Positions 48,941-58,319 of a DNA stretch of 64,000 bases are shown in pieces. Each line of letters opens with the position of its first letter. The stretch's first letter is position 1. The notes beneath the pieces are model-generated. The model was not told the DNA's origin, ran no database searches, and saw only the letters and a program-made list of their open reading frames with translations. The translations under genes and the position numbers were made by a program. The stretch is from Syntrophobacterales bacterium (lineage in GTDB: Bacteria; Desulfobacterota; Desulfobaccia; Desulfobaccales; 0-14-0-80-60-11): the NCBI GenBank assembly GCA_023512475.1, contig JAILZL010000008.1, forward strand, positions 5,784 to 69,783, given 5' to 3'.

Positions 48941-49834
48941 ATGTCTCTGGACGGCCTCCTTCTCCTCGACAAGCCGGCGGGGCCCACCTCCTTTGAGGTG
49001 GTGCGCCGGGTGCGGCGGGCTGTGAAGGTGAAAAAAGCCGGGCACCTGGGCACCCTGGACCCCTTCGCCACGGGTCTGTTGCCCCTGGCCCTGGGGGCGG
49101 CCACCCGCCTGGCCCCTTTCCTGGAGGACCTGGACAAGACCTACCTGGCGGAGGTGGAGCTGGGCCGGGAGACGGACACCCAGGACCTGACCGGCCGGGT
49201 GGTGGCGGAGCACCCGGTGGCGGTCTCTGAGGCGGAGATCCGGACCCAGGCGGCCCGTTTTGTGGGGGAGATCGAGCAGGTGCCCCCCCTCTATTCCGCC
49301 CTGCGCCACCAGGGCCGGCGACTGTATGAGCTGGCCCGGCGGGGCATCGCGGTGGAGGTCCGGCCCCGCAAGGTCACCATCCACCGGCTGGAGATCCGGG
49401 AGATTTGCCTGCCCCGGGTGGTTCTGGAGGTGACCTGCTCCAAGGGCACCTATATGCGCACCCTGGCCCATGATCTGGGCCGGGCGCTCGGGACGGGCGG
49501 CGTGCTCGCGGCCTTGCGGCGCCTGGCGGTGGGACCGTTTCGGGTGGAGGAGGCCCTGCCGCTGGCGGAGGTGACCCACCACCCGGAGCTGGCCCGGGAG
49601 CGCCTGATCCCGCTGGCCGACTGCCTGCCTTTCCTGCCGGCGCTGCAGGTGGACCCCGGACACGCCCAGCGTCTGGCCCAGGGGCAGGCGGTGTCCCACC
49701 CCCCGCCCCAGGGGACCGTGCCGGGGCGGGTGCGGGTGCTGGCCGACGGCCGGCTCCTGGCGGTGGCGGAATGGCGCCGGGACCCCCGGGGGCTGCTGCT
49801 GGCCCCGGTGCGGGTCTTTCGGCCGCCTCTGTGA
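48941..49834 (+). CDS. truB: tRNA pseudouridine(55) synthase
   Basis: [17 protein letters not shown]...[17 protein letters not shown] (catalytic Asp motif). Confidence 0.95.
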   Translation: MSLDGLLLLDKPAGPTSFEVVRRVRRAVKVKKAGHLGTLDPFATGLLPLALGAATRLAPFLEDLDKTYLAEVELGRETDTQDLTGRVVAEHPVAVSEAEIRTQAARFVGEIEQVPPLYSALRHQGRRLYELARRGIAVEVRPRKVTIHRLEIREICLPRVVLEVTCSKGTYMRTLAHDLGRALGTGGVLAALRRLAVGPFRVEEALPLAEVTHHPELARERLIPLADCLPFLPALQVDPGHAQRLAQGQAVSHPPPQGTVPGRVRVLADGRLLAVAEWRRDPRGLLLAPVRVFRPPL

Positions 49835-49872
49835 GCCGAAGGGAGCCGGGGGCAGGAGAAAGCAGGACTTTC

Positions 49873-49891
49873 GGGGGCAAGCCCCCATTTT
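49873..49891 (+). terminator. short intrinsic terminator-like hairpin after truB
   Basis: GGGGG-caag-CCCCC followed by ATTTT. Confidence 0.4.
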
Positions 49892-49949
49892 CCGGCGGCA
49901 AGGGCGGGCCGCTGCCTTGCCGGCCGACATTCCTGACAAGGAGGAGACA

Positions 49950-50219
49950 GTGGCGTTAACAGCAGAGCAAAAAAAAGAGATCATTGACCGCTACAAGCTG
50001 CATGAGGCCGACACCGGGTCCACGGAAGTGCAGGTGGCCATCCTGAGTGAGCGCATTTCCTATCTCACCGGCCACTTCAAGACCCACGCCAAGGATCACC
50101 ATTCCCGGCGGGGTCTCATCAAGCTGGTGGGCCAGCGGCGCCGTCTCCTGAACTACCTGAAAAGAAAAGACATTGAGCGCTACCGGGCCCTCATTGAGCA
50201 GTTGGGGCTCCGGAAGTAG
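49950..50219 (+). CDS. rpsO: 30S ribosomal protein S15
   Basis: ORF 49917..50219 trimmed to GTG 49950, preceded by [56 protein letters not shown]. Confidence 0.9.
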   Translation: MALTAEQKKEIIDRYKLHEADTGSTEVQVAILSERISYLTGHFKTHAKDHHSRRGLIKLVGQRRRLLNYLKRKDIERYRALIEQLGLRK

Positions 50220-50237
50220 GAGGACGGTCAGACTTAC

Positions 50238-52379
50238 ATGATGAAGAAATATGTTGTGGAAGTGGGCGGCCGGGACCTGACCTTTGAGGTGGGGCGGCTG
50301 GCCCAGCAGGCCAGCGGCTCGGTCCTGGTCCGTTATGGCGAGAATGCGGTGCTGGCCACCGCGGTAATCTCCGAACAGAAGCGGGAGGGCATCGACTTCC
50401 TCCCCCTGACGGTGGATTACATCGAGAAGGCCTATGCCGCCGGCCGGATTCCGGGGGGCTTTTTCCGGCGGGAGATGGGGCGTCCCAGCGAGAAGGAGAC
50501 CCTCACCTCCCGGCTCATCGACCGCCCCTTGCGGCCGCTGTTTCCCAAGGGCCTGTTCAACGAGATCCAGATCATCGCCACGGTGCTGTCCGGCGACCTG
50601 GAGCTCGATCCGGACATTTCGGCCTTAAACGGCGCCGCTGCGGCCCTGGAGATTTCGCCGGCGCCCTTCAAGGGGCCGGTGGCCGCGGTGCGGGTGGGCA
50701 AGGTGGATGGCCGCCTGGTGGTCAACCCCACCAACACTGAGCTCAAGGACAGCACCCTGAACCTCATCGTCGCCGGGGTGCCCGACGGGCTGGTGATGGT
50801 GGAAGGCGGCGCCCGCATGGCCACGGAGGAGGAGATCCTGGAGGCCCTGTTCTTCGCCCAGGAGCGGTTGCAGCCCATTTTGGCCACCATCCGGCTCATG
50901 GGGGAGGAGGTGGGGAAGACCAAGTGGCCCCTGCCGGAGGTGCCCGATTACGGCGACCTGCCGGAGCGGGTGCGGGAGCTGGCGGAGGCCCGGCTCCTGG
51001 CCGCCGTGACCCAGCCGGAGAAAAAGGCCCGGCGGGAAGGGGTGGACGCCCTCTTCCGGGAGGTCCTGGAGGCCCTGGGGCCCGAGGCCGCCGGCCGGGA
51101 AAAGGAGGTGGCCGCCATCTTCCAGGACCTGCAGAAGAAGGTGGTGCGCCGCTATGTCCTCCAGGAGAAGCGCCGCATCGACGGCCGGGGTTTTGCGGAC
51201 ATCCGCCCCATCTGGGGGGAGGTGGGCATGCTCAGCCGGACCCACGGCTCCGCCATCTTCACCCGGGGCGAGACCCAGGCCCTGGCGGTGACTACTCTGG
51301 GGACGCCCTCGGACGAGCAGCGCATCGAGACCCTGTTGGGCGAAACCTTCAAGTCCTTCATGCTGCACTACAACTTCCCGCCCTACTGCGTGGGCGAGGC
51401 CCGGATGCTCCGGGGGCCCAGCCGGCGGGAGATCGGCCACGGCGCCCTGGCGGAGCGGGCCATCAGCCCCGTGCTCCCCTCGGCGGAGGAATTCCCGTAC
51501 ACCATCCGCATCGTCTCGGAGGTGCTCTCTTCCAACGGGTCCTCCTCCATGGCCACGGTGTGCGGCACCTCCATGGCCCTGATGGACGCCGGCGTGCCGG
51601 TGAAGGGCGCGGTGGCCGGGGTGGCCATGGGCCTCATCAAGGAAGGGGAGGAGGTGGCGGTGCTCTCCGACATCCTGGGGGATGAGGACGCCTTAGGGGA
51701 TATGGACTTCAAGGTGGCGGGGACGGCCGAAGGCATCACCGCCCTGCAGATGGACATCAAGATGACGGGCATCACCCGGGAGGTGCTGGCCCAGGCGCTG
51801 GCCCAGGCCCGGGAGGCCCGCCTCCATATCCTGCGGGAGATGAACAAGGTCATCGCCCAGCCCTCCCCGGGGCTCAAGGAGCATGCCCCCAAGATCGTGG
51901 TCATCCAGATCAATCCGGACAAGATCCGGGAGGTCATCGGCCCGGGCGGCAAGATCATCAAGCAGATCGTGGCCCAGACCGGGGTCAAGATCGACATCGA
52001 GGACGACGGCCGGGTGCACATCTCCTCCCCCACCCAGAAGGCGGCGGACGAGGCCATCAAGATCATCCGGGATCTCACCGCCGAAGCCGAGGTGGGCGCG
52101 GTCTATACCGGCAAGGTGAAAAAGATCATGGACTTCGGGGCCTTTGTGGAGATTCTGCCCAACACCGACGGGCTGGTGCACATCTCCGAGCTGGCGCACC
52201 ATCGGGTCAAATCCGTCTCCGATATCCTCAAGGAGGGGGACGAGGTGACGGTGAAGGTGCTGGAGATCGACCGGCAGGGCAAGATCCGCCTCTCCCGCAA
52301 GGCCCTTCTGGAACCGGAGAAAACCTCGCCGCAGGAGCCGGCCAAGAAAGACCGTGTACCGAAAAAGCGTCCTTCCTAA
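50238..52379 (+). CDS. pnp: polyribonucleotide nucleotidyltransferase (PNPase)
   Basis: 713 aa. Two RNase PH domains, then KH and S1 domains (GKVKKIMDFGAFVEI). Confidence 0.95.
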   Translation: MMKKYVVEVGGRDLTFEVGRLAQQASGSVLVRYGENAVLATAVISEQKREGIDFLPLTVDYIEKAYAAGRIPGGFFRREMGRPSEKETLTSRLIDRPLRPLFPKGLFNEIQIIATVLSGDLELDPDISALNGAAAALEISPAPFKGPVAAVRVGKVDGRLVVNPTNTELKDSTLNLIVAGVPDGLVMVEGGARMATEEEILEALFFAQERLQPILATIRLMGEEVGKTKWPLPEVPDYGDLPERVRELAEARLLAAVTQPEKKARREGVDALFREVLEALGPEAAGREKEVAAIFQDLQKKVVRRYVLQEKRRIDGRGFADIRPIWGEVGMLSRTHGSAIFTRGETQALAVTTLGTPSDEQRIETLLGETFKSFMLHYNFPPYCVGEARMLRGPSRREIGHGALAERAISPVLPSAEEFPYTIRIVSEVLSSNGSSSMATVCGTSMALMDAGVPVKGAVAGVAMGLIKEGEEVAVLSDILGDEDALGDMDFKVAGTAEGITALQMDIKMTGITREVLAQALAQAREARLHILREMNKVIAQPSPGLKEHAPKIVVIQINPDKIREVIGPGGKIIKQIVAQTGVKIDIEDDGRVHISSPTQKAADEAIKIIRDLTAEAEVGAVYTGKVKKIMDFGAFVEILPNTDGLVHISELAHHRVKSVSDILKEGDEVTVKVLEIDRQGKIRLSRKALLEPEKTSPQEPAKKDRVPKKRPS

Positions 52380-53598
52380 CGGGGTGCGGCTGGTCACCGA
52401 GGAGCTGCCCCACTTCCATTCCGTGGCGGTGGGCTTCTGGCTCACGGTGGGGGGGCGGGACGAGACCGAGGCGGAGCACGGGCTGTCCCATTTCCTGGAG
52501 CACATGGCCTTCAAGGGCACTGCCCGCCGGGACGCCCTGGCCATCGCCCGGGAGGCGGACCGTCTGGGCGGCTCGGTGAACGCCTTCACCACCAAGGAGT
52601 GCACCTGCTACCATGCCCGGGTGCTGGCGGAGCACCTGCCGGTGGCCATGGACCTCCTCTCCGACCTGGTGCTGCAGCCGGCCTACCGGGAGGAGGACCT
52701 GGAGCGGGAGCGCCAGGTCATCCTGGAGGAGATCGCCGCCCAGGAGGACAATCCCGAAGACCTGGTGCAGGTGGAGTTCGCCCGCCGCTTCTGGCCGGAC
52801 CAGGCCCTGGGGCGGCCCCTTTTGGGAGATGCCGAGGATGTGGCCCGGGTCACCCGGGAAGCCCTGGTGGCTTATCGCACCGCCACGTATCGGCCGGAGC
52901 AGCTGTTGGTGGCGGTGGCCGGGCGGGTGCGCCACGAGGAGGTCCTGGAACTGGCCGGCCCCGCCCTGGCCGCCTTTGCCAACGGCGCCCCGCCCCGCCG
53001 CCGGGAACCGGCCGCGGCGGTGCCAGGGGTGCATCTCCTGCCCCGGGACCTGGAGCAGGTGCACGTCTGCCTGGGCACCGAGGGCCTGGCCGCCGCCGAC
53101 CCCCGGCGCTTCACCGCCACCGTGCTCCAGACCATCCTGGGCGGCAACATGAGCTCCCGCCTCTTCCAGGTCATCCGGGAGCAGCTGGGGCTGGCCTACA
53201 ATATCTATTCCTATCTGGGCTTCTTCAGCGATACCGGCCTGTGGGAGATTGCCGCCGGGGTGAGTCCCCGGCACCTGCCGGCCCTGCTCCGCGCGGTCTC
53301 CCGGGAGTTGCGCCTCCTGAAAGAAAAGGGGGTGAGCGAGGCGGAGCTGGCTGCGGCCAAGGAATTTCTCCGGGGCTCCCTGTTCCTCCACGCCGAGGAG
53401 GTGGAGCAGCGCATGCTCCGGCTGGCCAAAAACGAGATCCACTTCGGCGACTATATTCCCCTGGAGGACGTGGTGGCGGGCCTGAGCCGCGTGACAGCCG
53501 CCCAGGTGCAGGAGCTGGCCCGGGAGTTCTTCCGGGCGGAGCGCTGGGGTCTGACCCTCCTGGGCCCGGTGAGCGCGCCGGGGGAACTGGATTTTTAA
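52354..53598 (+). CDS. M16 (pitrilysin/insulinase) family zinc peptidase
   Basis: HFLEHMAFKGT inverted zincin motif. GTG start overlapping the pnp 3' end. Confidence 0.9.
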   Translation: MYRKSVLPNGVRLVTEELPHFHSVAVGFWLTVGGRDETEAEHGLSHFLEHMAFKGTARRDALAIAREADRLGGSVNAFTTKECTCYHARVLAEHLPVAMDLLSDLVLQPAYREEDLERERQVILEEIAAQEDNPEDLVQVEFARRFWPDQALGRPLLGDAEDVARVTREALVAYRTATYRPEQLLVAVAGRVRHEEVLELAGPALAAFANGAPPRRREPAAAVPGVHLLPRDLEQVHVCLGTEGLAAADPRRFTATVLQTILGGNMSSRLFQVIREQLGLAYNIYSYLGFFSDTGLWEIAAGVSPRHLPALLRAVSRELRLLKEKGVSEAELAAAKEFLRGSLFLHAEEVEQRMLRLAKNEIHFGDYIPLEDVVAGLSRVTAAQVQELAREFFRAERWGLTLLGPVSAPGELDF

Positions 53599-53779
53599 AC
53601 CGCAATCCTGCGGGGAGGTTTGGTGGGGCACGCCCATTGTCCTCCCCGCAGGCTCCCCCTGGGATGGGGTTGAGGGGCACCCAGCCATCCGCGGTGCACG
53701 CGGGTGCGCCCGGCCTTCCAGGCCATCTCCCTTTAGGGCCGGGGAGAGGCGGCAGGGGTCGCCGGCTCCCTTTCCCCGG

Positions 53780-53811
53780 AAAAAAACGGCCGGGCTCCCT
53801 CAGCCCGGCCG
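53780..53811 (-). terminator. intrinsic terminator of the minus-strand operon ending at 53875
   Basis: Minus strand reads CGGCCGGGCT-gaggg-AGCCCGGCCG followed by TTTTTTT. Confidence 0.7.
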
Positions 53812-53874
53812 CCTTGCCCGGAGGGAAGGTCAGATATACCCCCCCTCCGTTTCACCGGATTTTTTCCTGCCGGC

Positions 53875-54099
53875 TCAGTATTCCTCCTCAGCCATGATGC
53901 CCTGGTGGATGAATTTGTACAGGCTGCCGATCCACTCCAGCTCGTTGGCCAGCTCGGAGTTGGCGAAGATCCACTCGCCGTCCTTGTCCTTGGCGATGAT
54001 GACGATCTCCTCGATGTCATCCAGGTCCTGGTAGAAGCGGTCCACCACCTCCTGAACCGAACGTTTGGCTTTTTCAAAGGGGATGATGTTTCTGGTCAT
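53875..54099 (-). CDS. hypothetical small acidic protein (74 aa)
   Basis: MTRNIIPFEKAKRSVQEVVDRFYQDLDDIEEIVIIAKDKDGEWIFANSELANELEWIGSLYKFIHQGIMAEEEY. Coding-like codon pattern, and a terminator follows. No family recognised. Confidence 0.6.
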   Translation of the reverse strand: MTRNIIPFEKAKRSVQEVVDRFYQDLDDIEEIVIIAKDKDGEWIFANSELANELEWIGSLYKFIHQGIMAEEEY

Positions 54100-54158
54100 G
54101 GCGCTCCGCGGCTTGGGGGATGCGAGGGCACAGGCCCGGGCGGCCGGGCCCCCTCTCT

Positions 54159-54968
54159 TTATTCATTCTTTCCGGCCGCGGCCAAAAAAGCAATGAGAAT
54201 TTCCGCGGTGGCCTCCGGCGCCTCTTCCTGGGGGGCGTGGCCCACCCCGGGCAGGAGGTGCAGCTCCGCCCGGGGGAGCAGGGCATGGAGCTGTGCGGCC
54301 TGGGAGACGGGCAGGATGGGGTCCTCCTCCCCCCAGAGAATCACCACCGGCTGGTGGAGGGAGGCGAGCAGGGCTTTCACCTCCTCCGGCGGCCAGGGGT
54401 CGTTTTCCCGGGCCAGCCGCATCAGCCCCAGGCGGTTGGCCAGCGGGCGGAAGGTGGGGGCATAGCCTGCCACCACCTCGGGAGTGATGAGCTCCCGGCG
54501 GTGGTAGGCCAGCTTCAGGCCCCAGGGCACGATCCAGGGGCCCAGGGCCAGGGCGGTGAGATGCCCCAGCCCGGGGAGACGCAGGGGCTGGAAGAGGAGG
54601 GGGTAGCGCTTCAGGACCACGGCGGGATCCAGGAGCGCCAGGGCCGTCACCCGCTCCGGGGCCCGGGCGGCCAACAGCACCGCCAGGCCGCCTCCCAGGG
54701 AGTTGCCCGCCACCGCACAGCGCCTGATGCCTCGGCGGTCCAGGAGGGCGAGCAGGCCGTCCACCAGGGTCGGAAGGCGGAAGTCCGGGGTGGCGGCGGC
54801 CGGGGTGGCGCCGTGGGCCGGCAGGTCCGGGGCCAGCAGGTGAAAGCGGAGGGCCAGCCGGGGGATAAGCTCCCGCCAGGAAAAGCTGGAGGCCCCCAGG
54901 CCGTGGAGAAGCAGGAGGGCAGGCCCTTCGCCCGTCTCCAGGCAGTGCCAGGGAAGGAAATCGTTCAT
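54159..54968 (-). CDS. alpha/beta-fold hydrolase
   Basis: LLLLHGLGASSFSW and the nucleophile elbow GNSLGG. C-terminal GHAPQEE (His). Confidence 0.85.
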   Translation of the reverse strand: MNDFLPWHCLETGEGPALLLLHGLGASSFSWRELIPRLALRFHLLAPDLPAHGATPAAATPDFRLPTLVDGLLALLDRRGIRRCAVAGNSLGGGLAVLLAARAPERVTALALLDPAVVLKRYPLLFQPLRLPGLGHLTALALGPWIVPWGLKLAYHRRELITPEVVAGYAPTFRPLANRLGLMRLARENDPWPPEEVKALLASLHQPVVILWGEEDPILPVSQAAQLHALLPRAELHLLPGVGHAPQEEAPEATAEILIAFLAAAGKNE

Positions 54969-56701
54969 GAGGTCTCCGGTTGTGGCCGCAGGGTGTCTGT
55001 GCGGGGCACCACCACCGGCAGGATCACCCCCCGGGCCGCCTCCTGCTGGATCAGGGAATGCTGCTCCGCCAGATCCTGCACCAGCCGCTGCCCCAACACC
55101 AGCAGGCGCCAGACGCGATGGCGGTAGGGGAGAGAAGGCGGCGTCTTCAGCTCCCTCAGGCGGCGGAAATAGGGATATTCCAGCAATTCCCCCCAGAGGC
55201 TCAGGAATTTCTGGAAGAGGTCCGGGTAAAAGTAGGGCAGGTCCTCCTTTTTCTCCTCCAGGAAGGCCACGGCGGCGGAGATGCGCTGCAACGGCCCCAG
55301 GCGGCGGCTGTCGCCGGGCTTGCGGACCAGCTTTTCCAGATGGTGGAGCTGGTGCGCCTGGTTGAGATAGACCATCTGCCTCAGGGCCTCCCGGTGCAGG
55401 TCCGCATGCCGGGCAAAGGCCTCCTTGTGCTCCCGGCTGAGGAGGTAGCCGTTCAGCAGCCGGCGCATGGCCTCAAAGGATTCGTCGCTGTAGGTGGCCA
55501 GGCGGCGAACGTTTTTGGCCAGCCAGGCCGCCAGGAACTTCAGGCGCTCCTCGTGGGTCTTGGGGGCGCTCAGAAGTTCGGAGCGTTTATACACGATGGT
55601 GCCCAGGTATTCCCCCCGGACGATGTCGGTGAGGTCCTTGAGGAAGCGCCGGGTGTCCTTGAGGATGTTGATGCCCGCCTCCCGGCCGCCGTGCCGGGGA
55701 TGGATGATCTCCTGGGTGACCACCGACAGGGCCCGGTCCTCCAGGATGTTGTTCCGGTTGTATTTATGCTGCTGATAGGTCACCTTGAGGATGAGGGCCC
55801 GCCGCTCCGGGTCCACATAAAACCCCCGGTCCAGAAGGGAGGTGTGGCGCTCGGCCAGGGAGGCAGGCAGGGCCACCAGGGCCACTTTCTCCACCAGGGG
55901 GTATTTTTTCAGCTCAAAGCCTGACAGGCTGGTGATGGTGCGGTCGGAGGAACCCAGCACCTTGATGAGGTAGGACTCCTTCAGGCGGGAGAGTGTGCGG
56001 GCGAACATGGCCGCGGAGGTGCGCCGCTCCGCGGCGATGGGAAAGCCGTAGAGCTCCATGAGGAACTGATAGACAAAATCCCGTTCCCGTTCATAGAGCT
56101 CATTGTCCAGCTTCCTGAATTTGCCCAGCTCCCGGCCGAAGGTTTTGATCTCGGCGTCCAGATCCGAGGGGAAGGAGGCATACACCCCCAGGAGCCGGAA
56201 GTGGCCGTGCTCATCTTTGGCGATGACCTGGGCCCGGTCCATGTGCAAAAGAAAGGGCAGGAGGTCATCGTAGTGGGCCAGATCGGTGACATCCCGGTGG
56301 GCAAAGCGCTGCCGGAACTGGGTCCGCAGTTCCCGGTCCAGGTGGGGGGCGATCTTCTCCAGGTTCTCCCGGTGCCGCCTTTTGCCTTCATAGTGGGGGT
56401 GCAGGAGATCAAACTGAAAGATCTCCTCCTGGTAGGACAGGGGCCGGTTGAAGGCCACCAGGGAAAAGCCGGGCAGGTCCCGGAACTCATAGAAATTCTT
56501 CTCAAAGGAGGGCAGGAGTTCCCGGGGTTCCACCAGGGGGTAGTCGGCCCGGTAGGGGGCCAAAAGTCCCTGGCGGATGTGCAGGTATTCCAGGAATTCC
56601 TTGAGCACCTGGCGGTCGCGGATGGGGGCCTCGCCCTGGAGGTAGGCGGCGAGCTTGATGCCGTTGATGGTGACGTCCTGAAAGAACCGGCCTTCCCCCA
56701 T
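54965..56701 (-). CDS. hypothetical protein, 578 aa, no recognisable domain
   Basis: Long uninterrupted ORF with start/stop overlaps to both neighbours (ATGA at 54965-54968). Soluble, Arg/Leu/Glu/Tyr-rich, with no Walker, metal or Cys motifs that I can see. Confidence 0.75.
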   Translation of the reverse strand: MGEGRFFQDVTINGIKLAAYLQGEAPIRDRQVLKEFLEYLHIRQGLLAPYRADYPLVEPRELLPSFEKNFYEFRDLPGFSLVAFNRPLSYQEEIFQFDLLHPHYEGKRRHRENLEKIAPHLDRELRTQFRQRFAHRDVTDLAHYDDLLPFLLHMDRAQVIAKDEHGHFRLLGVYASFPSDLDAEIKTFGRELGKFRKLDNELYERERDFVYQFLMELYGFPIAAERRTSAAMFARTLSRLKESYLIKVLGSSDRTITSLSGFELKKYPLVEKVALVALPASLAERHTSLLDRGFYVDPERRALILKVTYQQHKYNRNNILEDRALSVVTQEIIHPRHGGREAGINILKDTRRFLKDLTDIVRGEYLGTIVYKRSELLSAPKTHEERLKFLAAWLAKNVRRLATYSDESFEAMRRLLNGYLLSREHKEAFARHADLHREALRQMVYLNQAHQLHHLEKLVRKPGDSRRLGPLQRISAAVAFLEEKKEDLPYFYPDLFQKFLSLWGELLEYPYFRRLRELKTPPSLPYRHRVWRLLVLGQRLVQDLAEQHSLIQQEAARGVILPVVVPRTDTLRPQPETS

Positions 56702-57099
56702 CAGCCCTCACGGATTTTGACATGCACTTTCCGGGTGCGGGGTCCGTCGAACTCGCAGAAAAAGATGCCCTGCCAGGTGCCCAACAGCAGCTTCCCGCCC
56801 GTGATGATCACCGTCAGGGCCGGACCCACCAGGGAGGCCTTGATATGCGCCGGGGAGTTGCCCTCCCGATGGCGGTAGGCCTCCCGCTCGCTGATGACCT
56901 TGTTCAGCACCATGAGGATGTCCGCCGGGACGGTGGGGTCGGCGTTCTCATTGATGGTGATGGCCGCGGTGGTATGAGGCACAAAGAGGTGGCAGAGGCC
57001 CTCCGCCACCCCGCTGGTGCGCACCACCTCCGCCACCTGGGGGGTGAGGTCAATGAATTCGGTGGGGGCGCCGGTGCGCACCGTTAAGGTGGTGAGCAT
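56701..57099 (-). CDS. YjbQ/UPF0047 family protein (secondary thiamine-phosphate synthase-like)
   Basis: ORF 56701..57315 trimmed to ATG 57099. GLCHLFVPHTTAAITINENADP...AHIKASLVGPALTVIITGGKLLLGTWQGIFFCEFDGPR is typical of the family. Confidence 0.85.
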   Translation of the reverse strand: MLTTLTVRTGAPTEFIDLTPQVAEVVRTSGVAEGLCHLFVPHTTAAITINENADPTVPADILMVLNKVISEREAYRHREGNSPAHIKASLVGPALTVIITGGKLLLGTWQGIFFCEFDGPRTRKVHVKIREG

Positions 57100-57101
57100 G
57101 G

Positions 57102-58319
57102 TCACTTCCTCAGGATCAGGGGCGGGCCCGGCGGCGGGGCCACCAGCCCCGGGGCCGTCGGTTTCGGGGACTCCCGGGCCAGCCTCAGGGCCGACTCCAC
57201 CAGGGCCAGAAGAAAGGGGCTTTCCCCCATCAGGGGGCTCTGTTCCCGGGCCGCCAGGTCCTGGGCCGCCGCCCTCAGGGCCCGGGCCTCCCGGTGGAGG
57301 TGGCGCAGCTGACAATAATAGGCCTGGTGCAGCAGCCGACGGCGCAGGAGCTCCCGGCTCTGGGGCGGAAAGAGGTCCCGGACTGCGTCCTCCAGGATGC
57401 CCTCCAACCGGGCCCGCTGCTGATGCTCGGCCAGAATCAGGGGGCTGGCCTCGGCCTCCCTCAGCTTCGCCAGCCAGGGGGTGAGCCGGGCCGGCTCCGG
57501 CAGCCAGGAGGAGAACCAGGGGTGGCGGGCCAGCTCCCGGGCGTATTCCAGGGCGGGGGCCCGCTCCAGATCGCTCACCGGGGGAACGGCGCTCTCCGGA
57601 TCCGGGGCCTCCTCGGGGCGGCCCAGATGGCGCCAGAGACGGTCTCGGAGGGCGGCATAATCCGAGGCCGGGGGCGCCTCAGGATGCCGGGCGTAAGCCT
57701 CCTCCAGGAGACGCACGGCGTAGGCCGGCGGCACCTCGGCCCACTCGGAGAGCCCCTGCTCGGTGAGGCTCTGCCAGAGCTCCTGGCGCTGGGCCCGGTT
57801 GGCCGCCAGGGGGTGGAATTCCAGCAGACCGGCGGTGTCGCTCACCCGGGCCACCACCATGGTCCCCCCCAGGACCGCCCGGCTGCCCTCCAGGACCACC
57901 CATCGTTCCCCGCGGCCGAAGATGGGGGTCACCCGGGCCGTCACCTCCGGGGCCGCCGCCGGCCGGGGGGAGGGCCCGGCCGCCGGCAGAAGATCCTCCG
58001 GCACCGGAAAGCCCTGGGTCTTGAGGCGGTGCAGGGCCTTTTTCAGGGCCTTGCGGCGCCGCCGGTCCGGATCCTGACCGAAGAGGGCCACCAGCAGGGG
58101 CGGCACCCCGGGATGGCGCAGGTCGGCCAAAGCGGCCAGGAGGTGCTCCGGCCAGGCCGGGTCGGGCTCCGGGGGACCCACCCGGGCCAGGAGCTCCTCC
58201 ACCGGGAGGTGGGCCTCCAGCCCCCGACGCACCTCCGCCTGGAGGGCCGCCAAGCGGGCGGCGGCTTCCGGGGGGAGGGGCGGCAGGGGCGCCGCGGCTT
58301 TCTTCCGGCCGGGGCTCAT
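57102..58319 (-). CDS. hypothetical protein, 405 aa, Pro/Ala/Leu/Arg-rich
   Basis: Long ORF overlapping the pyrR stop by 4 nt and ending 2 nt before the yjbQ start. Very high G+C. No recognisable motif. Confidence 0.65.
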   Translation of the reverse strand: MSPGRKKAAAPLPPLPPEAAARLAALQAEVRRGLEAHLPVEELLARVGPPEPDPAWPEHLLAALADLRHPGVPPLLVALFGQDPDRRRRKALKKALHRLKTQGFPVPEDLLPAAGPSPRPAAAPEVTARVTPIFGRGERWVVLEGSRAVLGGTMVVARVSDTAGLLEFHPLAANRAQRQELWQSLTEQGLSEWAEVPPAYAVRLLEEAYARHPEAPPASDYAALRDRLWRHLGRPEEAPDPESAVPPVSDLERAPALEYARELARHPWFSSWLPEPARLTPWLAKLREAEASPLILAEHQQRARLEGILEDAVRDLFPPQSRELLRRRLLHQAYYCQLRHLHREARALRAAAQDLAAREQSPLMGESPFLLALVESALRLARESPKPTAPGLVAPPPGPPLILRK

